Source: Candidatus Heimdallarchaeota archaeon
GTDB taxonomy: Archaea > Asgardarchaeota > Heimdallarchaeia > JABLTI01
DNA: 64,000 nucleotides
Direction of reading: 5' to 3'
NCBI GenBank assembly: GCA_018238155.1
Contig: JABCTZ010000026.1
Coordinates: 32,001 to 96,000 of the forward strand
Notes under the pieces: generated by a model
What the model was told of the DNA's origin: nothing
Databases searched by the model: none
Seen by the model: only the letters and a program-made list of their open reading frames with translations
Shown here: in pieces, positions 38,634 through 48,706 of the stretch
How the letters are laid out: every line of letters starts with the position of its first letter
How positions within the stretch are numbered: position 1 is the stretch's first letter
Made by a program: the position numbers and the translations under genes

Positions 38634-39680
38634 TTAAATCATATCCCAAGTTATTACTTGATCTATTTCAATATCAATTCTCGTTTGCTGTCCTAAAACA
38701 ATTTTCCAATATTTGGGAGAAATGCCTTTACCAGGTCTTTTTACTGTTAACATTTCTTCTGTGAGAACTGTTCCTTTAGGGATGGCAATAGAAGCGGTTA
38801 TGCTTTTTCTAGCAACAGCTTTAATTGGAATTTCATTTGAAAGTAAACGTTTTACAGGACTGCCCATTGATGCTTCAACATTTCTAATTCCATCAATCAT
38901 TGCTTTCATTTCTTGTGGTTCAAGAGAAGCTTTGTGATCAGGTCCTGGAAGATTTTTATCTAAAGTGAAATGCTTTTCAATAACTTTCGCTCCAAGAGCA
39001 ACTGCTGCGATTGGTACAGCTATCCCAGGTGTATGGTCTGAGAAACCTATTAGTACGTCGAAGGCCTGTTGGAAAGTTTGCAATACTCTTAGATGAACAT
39101 CCTCGAATTTTGCTGGATAACTAGTTACACAATGAAGAAGAAGAATATCATCACAACCTCCTTCACGAACCCATTTTATGGATTCCTCCACATCACCTAG
39201 ACTTGACATACCTGAAGAAAGTATTACTGGAGTATTCAATTTAGCAATCATTGTTAGTAATGGGTAGTTATCTACATCACCAGAGCCAATTTTGAAAGCG
39301 GAAGTTTTAAGCTCTTGCAACAATTTTGCACTTTCAATGCCATAAGGAGTTGAGAAACATTCGATTGTTTTATCCTTACAATAACCAAAAACTTTCTTTG
39401 TGTCTTCTTTTGAAAGTTCTAACTTCTTGAGCATATCATATTGAGTTTCATCTTTATCAGTTAGATCTTTTTGATAAGCAGCTTTCGGCGCATCTTTCTG
39501 AGCCAAATTTTCTGCTTTGAATGTTTGGAATTTGATTGCATTTGCTCCAAACTCTATTGCTGCATCAACCATCTTATAAGCAGTTGCTAAATCGCCATTA
39601 TGATTAACACCAGCTTCAGCAATAATAAAAGCAGGATGATTTTTTCCAACTAATGTCTTACCAATTTTTACTTCCTTCAT
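38634..39680 (-). CDS. neuB: Nonulosonate synthase (NeuB/LegI-like)
   Basis: IIAEAGVNHNGD, AIKFQTF, FKIGSGD, ILSSGMS, GFSDHT, IEKHFTLDKNLPGPDHKASLEP, ARKS; start refined to 39680. Confidence 0.92.
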   Translation of the reverse strand: MKEVKIGKTLVGKNHPAFIIAEAGVNHNGDLATAYKMVDAAIEFGANAIKFQTFKAENLAQKDAPKAAYQKDLTDKDETQYDMLKKLELSKEDTKKVFGYCKDKTIECFSTPYGIESAKLLQELKTSAFKIGSGDVDNYPLLTMIAKLNTPVILSSGMSSLGDVEESIKWVREGGCDDILLLHCVTSYPAKFEDVHLRVLQTFQQAFDVLIGFSDHTPGIAVPIAAVALGAKVIEKHFTLDKNLPGPDHKASLEPQEMKAMIDGIRNVEASMGSPVKRLLSNEIPIKAVARKSITASIAIPKGTVLTEEMLTVKRPGKGISPKYWKIVLGQQTRIDIEIDQVITWDMI

Positions 39681-39878
39681 TTTGTTCTTCCTCACTCTTA
39701 TGATGGAATAATGAGTTTTTGCTTGTTTAATTACTTTCTTCTCGCTCAATAAATTTAACTGAACTGCTATGGATAAAATCTAATTTAAGTCAAACGATTG
39801 TTAGGAACATAGTAATAAATAAATAACTAGACTTGAATCTACAATAACATAAGTGAAAAAGTATCTAACATCAAGGAG

Positions 39879-41021
39879 ATGACAATAGTGGCATGGAAAA
39901 TACCTTTGTTTAAAATCTATTGGGATGAAGATGATGTAGAAGCAGTTTCTAACGTTATCAGAAGAGGAACATATTGGGCTAATGGTAAAGAAATTCCTGA
40001 ATTTGAAGAAGAAATTGCTAAATTTGTAGGGACAAAATATGCAGTAGCTTTTAATTCAGGGACATCTGCTCTTCATGCTTTGTTTCTAGCTTATGATATT
40101 CAATCATCAGAGGTTATCGTTCCATCCTTCACATTTATAGCTACCGCGAATTCAGTTTTGATGGCAAATGGGAAAGTAGTTTTCGCGGAAGTAGAAACAG
40201 ACAGCTTTGGTTTAGATGCAAATGATGTTAATGAAAAAATTAACAAGAAAACAAAAGCAATTATGCCAGTGCATATTGCAGGGCAACCGTGTAAGGATAT
40301 TAAAGAATTAACTGATATTGCTCAAGATAAGAATTTATTACTTCTAGAAGATGCTGCTCAAACTCTAGGATCATACAATAAATATGGAAAATCAGGTGCT
40401 TTTGGTGATGCTGCCATGTTTAGCTTCTGTCAAAATAAAGTTATAACAACAGGAGAAGGTGGTCTGTTAGTTCTTGATGATGAGAAAATCTATGAAAAAT
40501 TGAAGCTTATTCGATCACATGGTCGACTGGAAAGTTCAAAAAATGATTATTTTTCTAATATAAATGATAACGAGTATATTCAAATTGGATTTAATTTCAG
40601 AATGTCAAGTATGACAGCAGCACTTGGATTGGCACAATATCGAAAAATCTCAAAAGTTCTTGAAATAAGAAAGCAAAAGGCAGCATATCTCAACGAACAT
40701 TTAGGGAAACTAGAAGGACTAACAGTACCTAAAGCATTTAACGATGCAAATCATATCTATCAACTTTATATTCTAAGATTTGCAGAGAATAATTTGAGAG
40801 ACAAAGTGCAACAACATCTGCAAGATAAGGGCGTTATGTCCAAAGTCTACTTCAATCCCATTCACCTAAAGGAATTTTATCGAAAAACATTTAGTTACAA
40901 AGAAGGAGATTTGCCAGTAACTGAAGATTTGTCAACCAAAGTCTTATCTTTGCCAATGTTTAATGATCTGACAACAGATGAAATGGATTACATGATTGAC
41001 AGTATAAAGGAAGTGTTATGA
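39879..41021 (+). CDS. DegT/DnrJ/EryC1/StrS PLP-dependent sugar aminotransferase (LegC-like)
   Basis: NSGTSALH, PSFTFIATAN, LEDAAQ, FSFCQNKVITTGEGG, GFNFRM. Confidence 0.92.
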   Translation: MTIVAWKIPLFKIYWDEDDVEAVSNVIRRGTYWANGKEIPEFEEEIAKFVGTKYAVAFNSGTSALHALFLAYDIQSSEVIVPSFTFIATANSVLMANGKVVFAEVETDSFGLDANDVNEKINKKTKAIMPVHIAGQPCKDIKELTDIAQDKNLLLLEDAAQTLGSYNKYGKSGAFGDAAMFSFCQNKVITTGEGGLLVLDDEKIYEKLKLIRSHGRLESSKNDYFSNINDNEYIQIGFNFRMSSMTAALGLAQYRKISKVLEIRKQKAAYLNEHLGKLEGLTVPKAFNDANHIYQLYILRFAENNLRDKVQQHLQDKGVMSKVYFNPIHLKEFYRKTFSYKEGDLPVTEDLSTKVLSLPMFNDLTTDEMDYMIDSIKEVL

Positions 41022-42095
41022 GTGAACGTTGATGAGAAAGAGCTAAAAAATGTCTTCAAAGGTAAAAAAATCTTAGTAACTGGTGGTACAGGTTCAATTG
41101 GTAGTCAGATTGTTTTTAGATTGCTTAAATATGAGCCAGAAGTAATTCGTGTGTTTGCCAATGATGAAAATGCTATTTTCCTTATGCAACAAGAATTGAA
41201 AGACCATGACAATCTACGTTTTCTATTAGGAGATATCAGAGATAGTAAGCGATTAATTAGAGCACTAGAAGATATTGAGATAGTTTTTCATGCAGCAGCA
41301 TTAAAGCATGTTCCCCTTTGTGAGTACAATCCATTTGAAGCTGTACAAACGAACGTTCTAGGTACCCAGAATTTGATTGATGCAGCATTAAAAGTAGGAG
41401 TGAAGAAGGTAATCAACATAAGTACGGATAAAGCTGTAAATCCTGCAAATACAATGGGAGCTACTAAATTATTAGCTGAAAAGTTAATAATTGATGCTAA
41501 CTTTTATCGAGGAGATAAAGAGACAGTTTTTGCAAATGTAAGATTTGGCAATGTTTTATACTCAAGAGGATCTGTTCTTCGAATCTTTGAAGAAGAAATC
41601 ATCAATAATAAGCCAATAACAGTCACAGATCCAAATATGACAAGGTTCATGATGTCAATTACAGATACAATTAATTTAGTTTTTAAAGCAACACAAATGG
41701 CTCTAAATGGTGAAATCTTCATTTTAAAAATGCCTGTAATAAGAACGGGTGATTTGGCTACTGCTGTTATCGAGAAAACAACTAAAGAGTTGGGGAAAAA
41801 GAAGAGTGATGTCAAAATAGTTGAGGTAGGCAGACGTCCTGGTGAAAAGGTATTCGAAGAGCTTATGACAGAAACAGAAGCAGGTTTTGCCTTAGAAACT
41901 GAAGAGATGTTTATCGTGTTACCACAGCTGAATATTCATGGTTTAATAATGGACCCTGTAGAGTATAAGAATTCGAAGGAAACCGAAATACATCGTTATG
42001 CCTCATCAGATTTTGAACCTCTATCTAAAGATGAGATAATTAAATTACTAATTAAAAGCAGAGAAAATAGTACGTTAGAGTTCTTAAAAAATTAA
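41022..42095 (+). CDS. NDP-GlcNAc 4,6-dehydratase (PseB/LegB/CapD-like)
   Basis: TGGTGSIG, HAAALKHVP, STDKAVNP, MGATK, VRFGNV, MTRF, RPGEK. Confidence 0.9.
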   Translation: MNVDEKELKNVFKGKKILVTGGTGSIGSQIVFRLLKYEPEVIRVFANDENAIFLMQQELKDHDNLRFLLGDIRDSKRLIRALEDIEIVFHAAALKHVPLCEYNPFEAVQTNVLGTQNLIDAALKVGVKKVINISTDKAVNPANTMGATKLLAEKLIIDANFYRGDKETVFANVRFGNVLYSRGSVLRIFEEEIINNKPITVTDPNMTRFMMSITDTINLVFKATQMALNGEIFILKMPVIRTGDLATAVIEKTTKELGKKKSDVKIVEVGRRPGEKVFEELMTETEAGFALETEEMFIVLPQLNIHGLIMDPVEYKNSKETEIHRYASSDFEPLSKDEIIKLLIKSRENSTLEFLKN

Positions 42096-42211
42096 CAAAA
42101 ATCTCATCCAAACTTTTTGGCAAAGATTATATGTGAAACCCTTATCAAACATAGCAAAATAGAGAATAAGTTTTATAAGGATTTTAGGCAAATTATTTTT
42201 TGTGATTTATC

Positions 42212-43327
42212 ATGAAATATTGTAAAAAGTGTGTGATGCCGGATACACGACCATACATTACATTTGATGATGAGGGTATTTGTTATCCTTGCAGACATTA
42301 CGAGGAAAGAAAGAACAAAGATTGGGATAAAAGATGGGGCGAATTGGAAGCTCTTGCAGATAAGCATAGAGGACGAAATGGCGATTCATATGATATGCTC
42401 ATCGCTGCGAGTAGTGGAAAAGATAGTTATTTCAAAACCTATATTTTCAAAGAAAAATTGAACATGAATCCACTTCTTGTTTCAGTTGATAATTTCAGCT
42501 GGACAGATACAGGCAGACAAAATTATGATAATCTCAGTGATGAATTTGGCGTTGATATTCTTCTAATGTCCATGAATCGAAGAACTGCTCGAAAGATGCT
42601 CAAATTTGGATTAGAGAAGCAGTTAATTCCAACATGGTATTGGGATAAGGCAGTATATGCATATCCATTACAGATGAGCATCAAATTAGGTGTTCCTTTA
42701 GTTTTCTGGGGTGAAAATACTAGCTTTGAACGTGGTGGACCAATAAAGGAAGACATACCTGATGCACTTGTTCAGCTCAAAAATGATGTAGTAAAACCTG
42801 TTCCTTGGGATTATTGGTTAGCTGAAGGAGTTACTATGAAGGATTTGAACCCAGCTGTGTATCCAAGTATGGACGAAATCAATAAAGCCAAAGTGGAAGC
42901 TCGTTTCCTAAGCTATTATGTACCATGGAGTGACCATGAAAATTATAAAACGATGAAAAAACGTAGTTTCCAATCACTTGATGATACTGGCGAATGGAAA
43001 AGAGAAGGTATCCACATGTTTCCATGGTTACAAGTTGATACTATTGGTTATCTTGTACATTGTTGGTTTAAGTTCATCAAATTCGGTCATTGGGTTGTCA
43101 GTGACTATACGAGTTTAGAGATCAGAGAAGGTCGAATGACTCGAGATGAAGCTGTTAAATTTGTCAATGAGGAAGAATACAAACTTGATCCAAAGATGCT
43201 TGCAGACTTTTTAGAATTCATTCACTATAAAGAAGAAGATTTCTGGAAATTAGTTGATAAATTTGCCAATCATGATATCGTAGAGAAACGTGATGGTGTC
43301 TACAGATTAAAACAACCTATGAAATAA
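42212..43327 (+). CDS. N-acetyl sugar amidotransferase (WbuX/PseA/WbpG family)
   Basis: CKKCVMPDTRP...GICYPC, PP-loop SSGKDS, FWGEN, KFIKFG, IREGRMTRDEA. Confidence 0.88.
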   Translation: MKYCKKCVMPDTRPYITFDDEGICYPCRHYEERKNKDWDKRWGELEALADKHRGRNGDSYDMLIAASSGKDSYFKTYIFKEKLNMNPLLVSVDNFSWTDTGRQNYDNLSDEFGVDILLMSMNRRTARKMLKFGLEKQLIPTWYWDKAVYAYPLQMSIKLGVPLVFWGENTSFERGGPIKEDIPDALVQLKNDVVKPVPWDYWLAEGVTMKDLNPAVYPSMDEINKAKVEARFLSYYVPWSDHENYKTMKKRSFQSLDDTGEWKREGIHMFPWLQVDTIGYLVHCWFKFIKFGHWVVSDYTSLEIREGRMTRDEAVKFVNEEEYKLDPKMLADFLEFIHYKEEDFWKLVDKFANHDIVEKRDGVYRLKQPMK

Positions 43328-43340
43328 TTAACAAGAAATC

Positions 43341-43371
43341 AAAGTACTTTTTAGTACTTTTTCTTTTTTTA
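43341..43371 (+). terminator. Hairpin plus T-tract
   Basis: AAAGTACT-TTTT-AGTACTTT followed by TTCTTTTTTT. Confidence 0.5.
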
Positions 43372-43395
43372 TTTCGAATTCCATTTGGTGAGAAA

Positions 43396-44610
43396 ATGCC
43401 TGAGAAAAAAACAATCATATTTACATCGGCTTATAGTTACCTTTCAAATCCTCAATATTATTCCTTTGTTGATAAATTAAATGATATCAAAAAGGTTTAC
43501 TTGCACGTTAAGGATCCACTTAGCGTAGTATTTGATGAGAAATTGATTAAGAAGGATGAGATATTACGTTATTTTGATGAGTATATTGAAATTGATTATA
43601 ATTTAAAAGAAGAGCTTCTCAAAGTTTATGAGGAACGACAAGGTTTCTGGAAACGAATATCTTTCAAGATCATTAAACCATATTATGATTACAAAAAACG
43701 ACTTCTTAGCCATCTTGACCAAATCAAACCTGATGCTATTGTTACATGTTCAGATATGACTGTCAGCGATAGAGTGATCAGTGATTGGTGTAGAAAGAAA
43801 AGAAAATCACAGATAATACTTCAAAACTGCTTTATTGATAACATCAATTATACAAAATACAATTTTAGACATAATGTAAGATATTTTTTCTTTAACAAAT
43901 TACTCAGAGCTCCTTTGTATATAAAACAACATCTCTATGGTAGTGAAAATTACAAAAGCCATTTATTACTGTGGAGTGATTACTACATTTTAGACCCCAA
44001 GAGAAAAAATACTCATTTCATTGGGAATGCTGTTTTTGACAAACTATTCCAACAATTCTCCAAAAAGAAGAAAAAATCAGATATTATTACAATTTGTACT
44101 CAACCACTAGACGAATTATTCAGTGTTAAAATATTTGATGAAGTCAACAAATACTTCAAAATTGCACTGGAAAAATTCCCAAATGTTTCTTTTTATATGA
44201 AAGTACATCCAAGAGAGGAGATTTCCAAATATCAAAAAATCTTTCCTGAAAAGAAATACACGAATGTAAAAGTAGTCAAAGATTATAATCTGCATGAATT
44301 GCTCATGAAATCCTTTGGTCAAATATCAATCAATTCCTTTACTTCTTTTGAAGCAGCAGCTCTTGGAATCCCGATAATCATTCTTAATCCAAACGATGAA
44401 ATTAATACTTATGATCACTTCAGGGAAGAAATCGACATCCGTATTAGAAAACCAGAAGAGATATCTGAAGCAATTAAAACAATTCAATCTAATGATTATT
44501 GGGAATTGTTTTTAAAAAAGAGAGACAAGTACTTTAATAAAATGCTATATTTTACCGATGGCAAAAGCAATGAACGAACAGCAGCAAAAATAAGAGAATT
44601 AGCTGCTTAA
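43396..44610 (+). CDS. GT-B fold protein, putative second nonulosonic-acid transferase
   Basis: ICTQP, MKVHPRE, SFTSFEAAALGIP, DGKSNER. Confidence 0.6.
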   Translation: MPEKKTIIFTSAYSYLSNPQYYSFVDKLNDIKKVYLHVKDPLSVVFDEKLIKKDEILRYFDEYIEIDYNLKEELLKVYEERQGFWKRISFKIIKPYYDYKKRLLSHLDQIKPDAIVTCSDMTVSDRVISDWCRKKRKSQIILQNCFIDNINYTKYNFRHNVRYFFFNKLLRAPLYIKQHLYGSENYKSHLLLWSDYYILDPKRKNTHFIGNAVFDKLFQQFSKKKKKSDIITICTQPLDELFSVKIFDEVNKYFKIALEKFPNVSFYMKVHPREEISKYQKIFPEKKYTNVKVVKDYNLHELLMKSFGQISINSFTSFEAAALGIPIIILNPNDEINTYDHFREEIDIRIRKPEEISEAIKTIQSNDYWELFLKKRDKYFNKMLYFTDGKSNERTAAKIRELAA

Positions 44611-45122
44611 GATTTTTCTTTATTAAATTCCCAAATATGATCACAATACTTACTGCCTTTTACAATTTCATTTTCTCTTAAGAAAATAACACCAGGTAAA
44701 ACATTCTTGGTAAATACTGAATCGGATAAACAGAAGGCATATGCTAAATCATCTATCCCGTCATCAATAAAGACTTCATAAATTGGACATCTGTTGTACT
44801 TGACTTAAGCTTCGTTTTTGAGGATTCAATTATCTCAAGATAAGGAGTTTTTGCAGCGTAATCTTCATAAAAAGCACGAAAACAATCAAAGCATCCTTGT
44901 GATTTTTCCTTGGTATTTCCGAGAACTTTTTCATAAATTTTAGTCATATATCTTGCAAAAGCATCGGTTGCAATTTTGAATGCTTCGTCATGGTTTAGAT
45001 TAGCTTTTAAAGCTGCAAGTAAAGATTGAGTAGATAAGGATTTCTCATTCTTTCTGTTATATATTTCATCTTTTGATTTTTGACGTTCAATATAATCAAA
45101 TCAATTCATTGATTTTGTTCAT
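44607..45122 (-). pseudogene. Frameshifted L-2-amino-thiazoline-4-carboxylate hydrolase-family gene
   Basis: MNKINELI[fs]DYIERQ...PYLEIIESSKTKLK[fs]VKYNRCPIYEVFIDDGIDDLAYAFCLSD...LRENEIVKGSKYCDHIWEF* shows the family CP...C..D...G...CD pattern. Confidence 0.7.
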
Positions 45123-45169
45123 TTTAATACTATTTCTTCAATTTAAGATAACAATATTATGAATATTTA

Positions 45170-46255
45170 CTACAACATTTTCAAAACTATTTCCTTAATA
45201 CCATTGAAATCATCAAGATATTTCTCAGGAGGATCATTAGTATTCCATTTTTCCAAATCAATTTGCTTTTTAAAAGAAAGTTTCCTATATTGTGAAACGT
45301 TGATACGAAAATATCTTAGTTTAATAGAAAGCATTCTAGCTAATTTTCTAAACCAATTGACAGTTTTTTCTTTATTAACAACTATATGATTTTGAATGTA
45401 AGCTTCCATTCCATCTTTGATGGTTTTCTCAGCGTCTTGAATAGTAATTTCTTGCTTTTTAGTTAGATGATTGACTAGGCATTCATTAAATTTCTGAAAT
45501 TTCTCATCATAAGTACCATTCTTTATGAAATGGTCTAGTCTGGAATACCTCGATGTTGATGAGTTTACTATTGATTCCCGTGCACCAAAAAGAATGTCCA
45601 AAGTTTGTACTTTCCCATGTATAATTGTAAGCATATCTAATAATATTTCACCAAATCTAACATCACTTGTGTTTTGAAGAACTTCTTTGTAAATCATTTG
45701 TAGAAAATCAGTTTGGTGAATGTAATAAATGGTGGGAAAATAATTTGTAAAATGAATGTTCAATCGGTCTTTTGGTTCTGGGGAGGTAATTGTCATATGG
45801 TTTTCTATTTTTTCTGAAAAGAAGAGATATTTTAGCCAATAGAATGTTTTTTTTGTGTTGCTTCGTTTTAGTGCTAAGAAATCATAATAGTAACCACCAG
45901 CTGCAGTAAATTCAGGATTCCTCTGGAGAAAGTCAATGCATTTCTTCATCGAATTAGGTGTAATAAAGTCATCATCTGCACATAATACACAATACTTGGT
46001 GGTTACTGAATTAATAGCTTCAAGAAATTTACGAAAAGGATTAACATCGACTGGGAATGAAAGATATTTTATATTCAATTTTGGAAATGCTGAGATTGTT
46101 TTTTCATTTAGAGTTTTTTTTTCCTTTGTACTGGAATCAGCTATAATTATTTGGTATTCAATTTCATGTTTATTGTAGTAAGTCAACAAACGGTAGAGAT
46201 ATTTATGACGGTTATATGTTGGAATTATCAGTGAAAGATTGTATTCAGAAACCAA
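45170..46255 (-). CDS. TIGR00180-type glycosyltransferase (GT2)
   Basis: IIPTYNRHKYLYRLLTYY, IIADSS, LCADDDF. Confidence 0.85.
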   Translation of the reverse strand: MVSEYNLSLIIPTYNRHKYLYRLLTYYNKHEIEYQIIIADSSTKEKKTLNEKTISAFPKLNIKYLSFPVDVNPFRKFLEAINSVTTKYCVLCADDDFITPNSMKKCIDFLQRNPEFTAAGGYYYDFLALKRSNTKKTFYWLKYLFFSEKIENHMTITSPEPKDRLNIHFTNYFPTIYYIHQTDFLQMIYKEVLQNTSDVRFGEILLDMLTIIHGKVQTLDILFGARESIVNSSTSRYSRLDHFIKNGTYDEKFQKFNECLVNHLTKKQEITIQDAEKTIKDGMEAYIQNHIVVNKEKTVNWFRKLARMLSIKLRYFRINVSQYRKLSFKKQIDLEKWNTNDPPEKYLDDFNGIKEIVLKML

Positions 46256-46679
46256 ATTTTAGTCACCTTATCAGAGGAAAATCTATGCAATGAACTTTAT
46301 ATATACATTAAGTTATTAAAATTGTTTACTAATTTTACTGCAAATATCAATAGTGAATTTGTCAATTCATTCAATATATATACCATGCAAATTTTAACGC
46401 TAGTCCAAATAAGAGTGATAACTCTTCTCTGTCCTTTTTTTTACTCAATTCTTATTGGAGTGGGTATTTCAAGAGTAATTTTTTTTGTTGCCTTGTTTCT
46501 TTGTCGGAACAATTACTATCAGAGACTACTCAAAAGACCATGAGAAAATGAGATAATAGAAAAAAGTTTTCGAGAAGACTGGTAGGAATAGCTATTATCT
46601 ACAAATGAACCAATGACCAAATTTTTTTATATCTAGGTAGAATCTTAAAATACCAAAAACATGAACAACAATAAAGTAG

Positions 46680-47888
46680 GTGTTAATAATCACAGAGATA
46701 AATGCACATAATAGCAATCATTTTTGTTCAATCTGTGGGAAAAGCAAAAAAAAGGTTTTTCTCAAACGTAGTAATGTTCCTGTACATCAGAATCTTTTAT
46801 ATAATTCATACAAGGAAGCAAGAAATTGTGTTCGAGGAGATATTGAATTAGCATTTTGTAGTTATTGTGGCTTTATTTCAAATTCGAAATTTAATCCTGA
46901 CCTTTTGAATTATTCAGCTGATTATGAAAATACTCAAACATATTCAGGTTATTTCTATGATTACCTTAATAATCTTGTACATTATCTTACTGAAAAATAT
47001 GACCTTATTGGAAAACAGATCTTTGAAATCGGTTGTGGTAAAGGAGATTTTCTAAAACTTATATGTGAGAAGAATCGAAACAAAGGTATTGGTTTTGATC
47101 CTAGTTATATAGGTCCAGAACAGACTCCTGATGGTTCTGTACGCTTTATTAAAGAATTTTTTAATGATGAAAAAGCTAAGAGCTTTTCAAATATCGATTT
47201 TATTGCTTGCCGTCATGTACTAGAACACATAGAAAACCCACTTGAACTACTCTTAACCATCAAGCGATCCTTAAATATGAAGAAAAACACAGCAATTTTT
47301 TTAGAAGTCCCTAATGTAAAGTGGATTTTGACTAATTTTGTTTTCTGGGATATTTTCTATGAACATTATTCTTATTTTACACCAAATTCCTTAAAATATG
47401 CTATTCTAAAAGCTGGTTTGGAAGTCACAAAAACCTCTACAGCTTTTAGTGATCAATATCTTTGGATTGAAGCAAAACCAATGAAAAACAAAGATCAAGA
47501 TATTGAATTACATTCGCTACATGATAATGAAATCAGCTCAGAAATTAATGCATTTGTTAAGAATTATAATAATCAAATAGAAAAATGTAAGAAATTAATA
47601 ATTTGTATGAACGAAACAGAAAAGAGTGCAGTTTGGGGGGCAGGAGCTAAAGGTGTTACATTATTAAACATTTTAGACCCAAATGCTGAGTTGATTGATG
47701 CAGCAATAGATATAAATCCTAATAAACAAGGGAAATTTATTGCGGGAACTGGTCATCTTATCATATCGCCTAAGGAAATAAAAAATAAAAATTATAAAAA
47801 AATCTTAAATTTAAATCCCAATTATCTCAATGAAAACAATGAGTTATTAAGAAAAATGTCTGTAGACATACAATTGAGTACTTTATAA
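46680..47888 (+). CDS. Class I SAM-dependent methyltransferase (NDP-hexose C-methyltransferase-like)
   Basis: CSICG...CSYCG zinc site, EIGCGKG, RHVLEH, FYEHYSYF, WGAGAKG, DINPNKQG. Confidence 0.85.
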   Translation: MLIITEINAHNSNHFCSICGKSKKKVFLKRSNVPVHQNLLYNSYKEARNCVRGDIELAFCSYCGFISNSKFNPDLLNYSADYENTQTYSGYFYDYLNNLVHYLTEKYDLIGKQIFEIGCGKGDFLKLICEKNRNKGIGFDPSYIGPEQTPDGSVRFIKEFFNDEKAKSFSNIDFIACRHVLEHIENPLELLLTIKRSLNMKKNTAIFLEVPNVKWILTNFVFWDIFYEHYSYFTPNSLKYAILKAGLEVTKTSTAFSDQYLWIEAKPMKNKDQDIELHSLHDNEISSEINAFVKNYNNQIEKCKKLIICMNETEKSAVWGAGAKGVTLLNILDPNAELIDAAIDINPNKQGKFIAGTGHLIISPKEIKNKNYKKILNLNPNYLNENNELLRKMSVDIQLSTL

Positions 47889-47955
47889 TCCGCTAATAGA
47901 AATGGTTTTTCTACCAGCGAATAAATACAATTTATGTAAATATCTGTACAATTTT

Positions 47956-48687
47956 CTACTTTTTCTTAAGGAATCCATTTGGACAATTTGAGACAAATAA
48001 TTTATTGTAACTATCATCTATTTCAAAATCTTTGTTTATCTTTAAGAACTCTTTAATTGCTTCTAAAGGATTATCTTCATTCCAATTTTCCTGACTTCCG
48101 TCTAAACCTATCAATTCAGGCATGATAGTATCAAAAACAACTAGATAACTTCCTGAAGTTACAAATTTACTATAAGCTCTGAGTTCTTTAATTACGTGAT
48201 CTTTTGTGTGATTCGAATCAAGAGCAATTAGAACAGTTGATTGAGGATCGATTTCATTCTCGATTTTTTCAATTGTTTCCTGTTTAACGGAATCTCCTTC
48301 AATCAGCTTAATTCTCTTACTCATTGGATGACTTTCAATAGCTTTTCTATTATGTGATTTAATTTCTATATCTACACCAATTGCTTTTCCTTTGCCTAGG
48401 AGTTCTAACAAAGACGAGTAAAAAATCAATGCTCCACCATGAGCAATTCCAATTTCAATAATTATATCTGGTTTTACCTTAAAAATCAGTTCCTGCATAA
48501 TAATTATATCTGAAGGTAATTGGATAATGGGAATACCTAACCAAGTAATTTCATATGAAAGATTATTTTGCCAACTTGTCCTAATCCATTGCCTACTATC
48601 TTCTTTCAATGTAGCTATATCTTTATTCTTTTTTTGCTTTACATGTTTTTTTAGTTCTGTTATATCATCTTCAGATGGCCAAATCAT
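47956..48687 (-). CDS. CmcI/cephalosporin hydroxylase-family (sugar O-) methyltransferase
   Basis: WLGIPIIQLPSD, IEIGIAHGGAL, LDSNHTKDHV, YLVVFDT. Confidence 0.85.
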   Translation of the reverse strand: MIWPSEDDITELKKHVKQKKNKDIATLKEDSRQWIRTSWQNNLSYEITWLGIPIIQLPSDIIIMQELIFKVKPDIIIEIGIAHGGALIFYSSLLELLGKGKAIGVDIEIKSHNRKAIESHPMSKRIKLIEGDSVKQETIEKIENEIDPQSTVLIALDSNHTKDHVIKELRAYSKFVTSGSYLVVFDTIMPELIGLDGSQENWNEDNPLEAIKEFLKINKDFEIDDSYNKLFVSNCPNGFLKKK

Positions 48688-48706
48688 GTTTTTTTCCTCA
48701 TTTTTT

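Noticed and set aside
46322-46543. 73-aa ORF between divergent genes
   Set aside because: No SD or recognisable motif; lies in a probable promoter/decayed region
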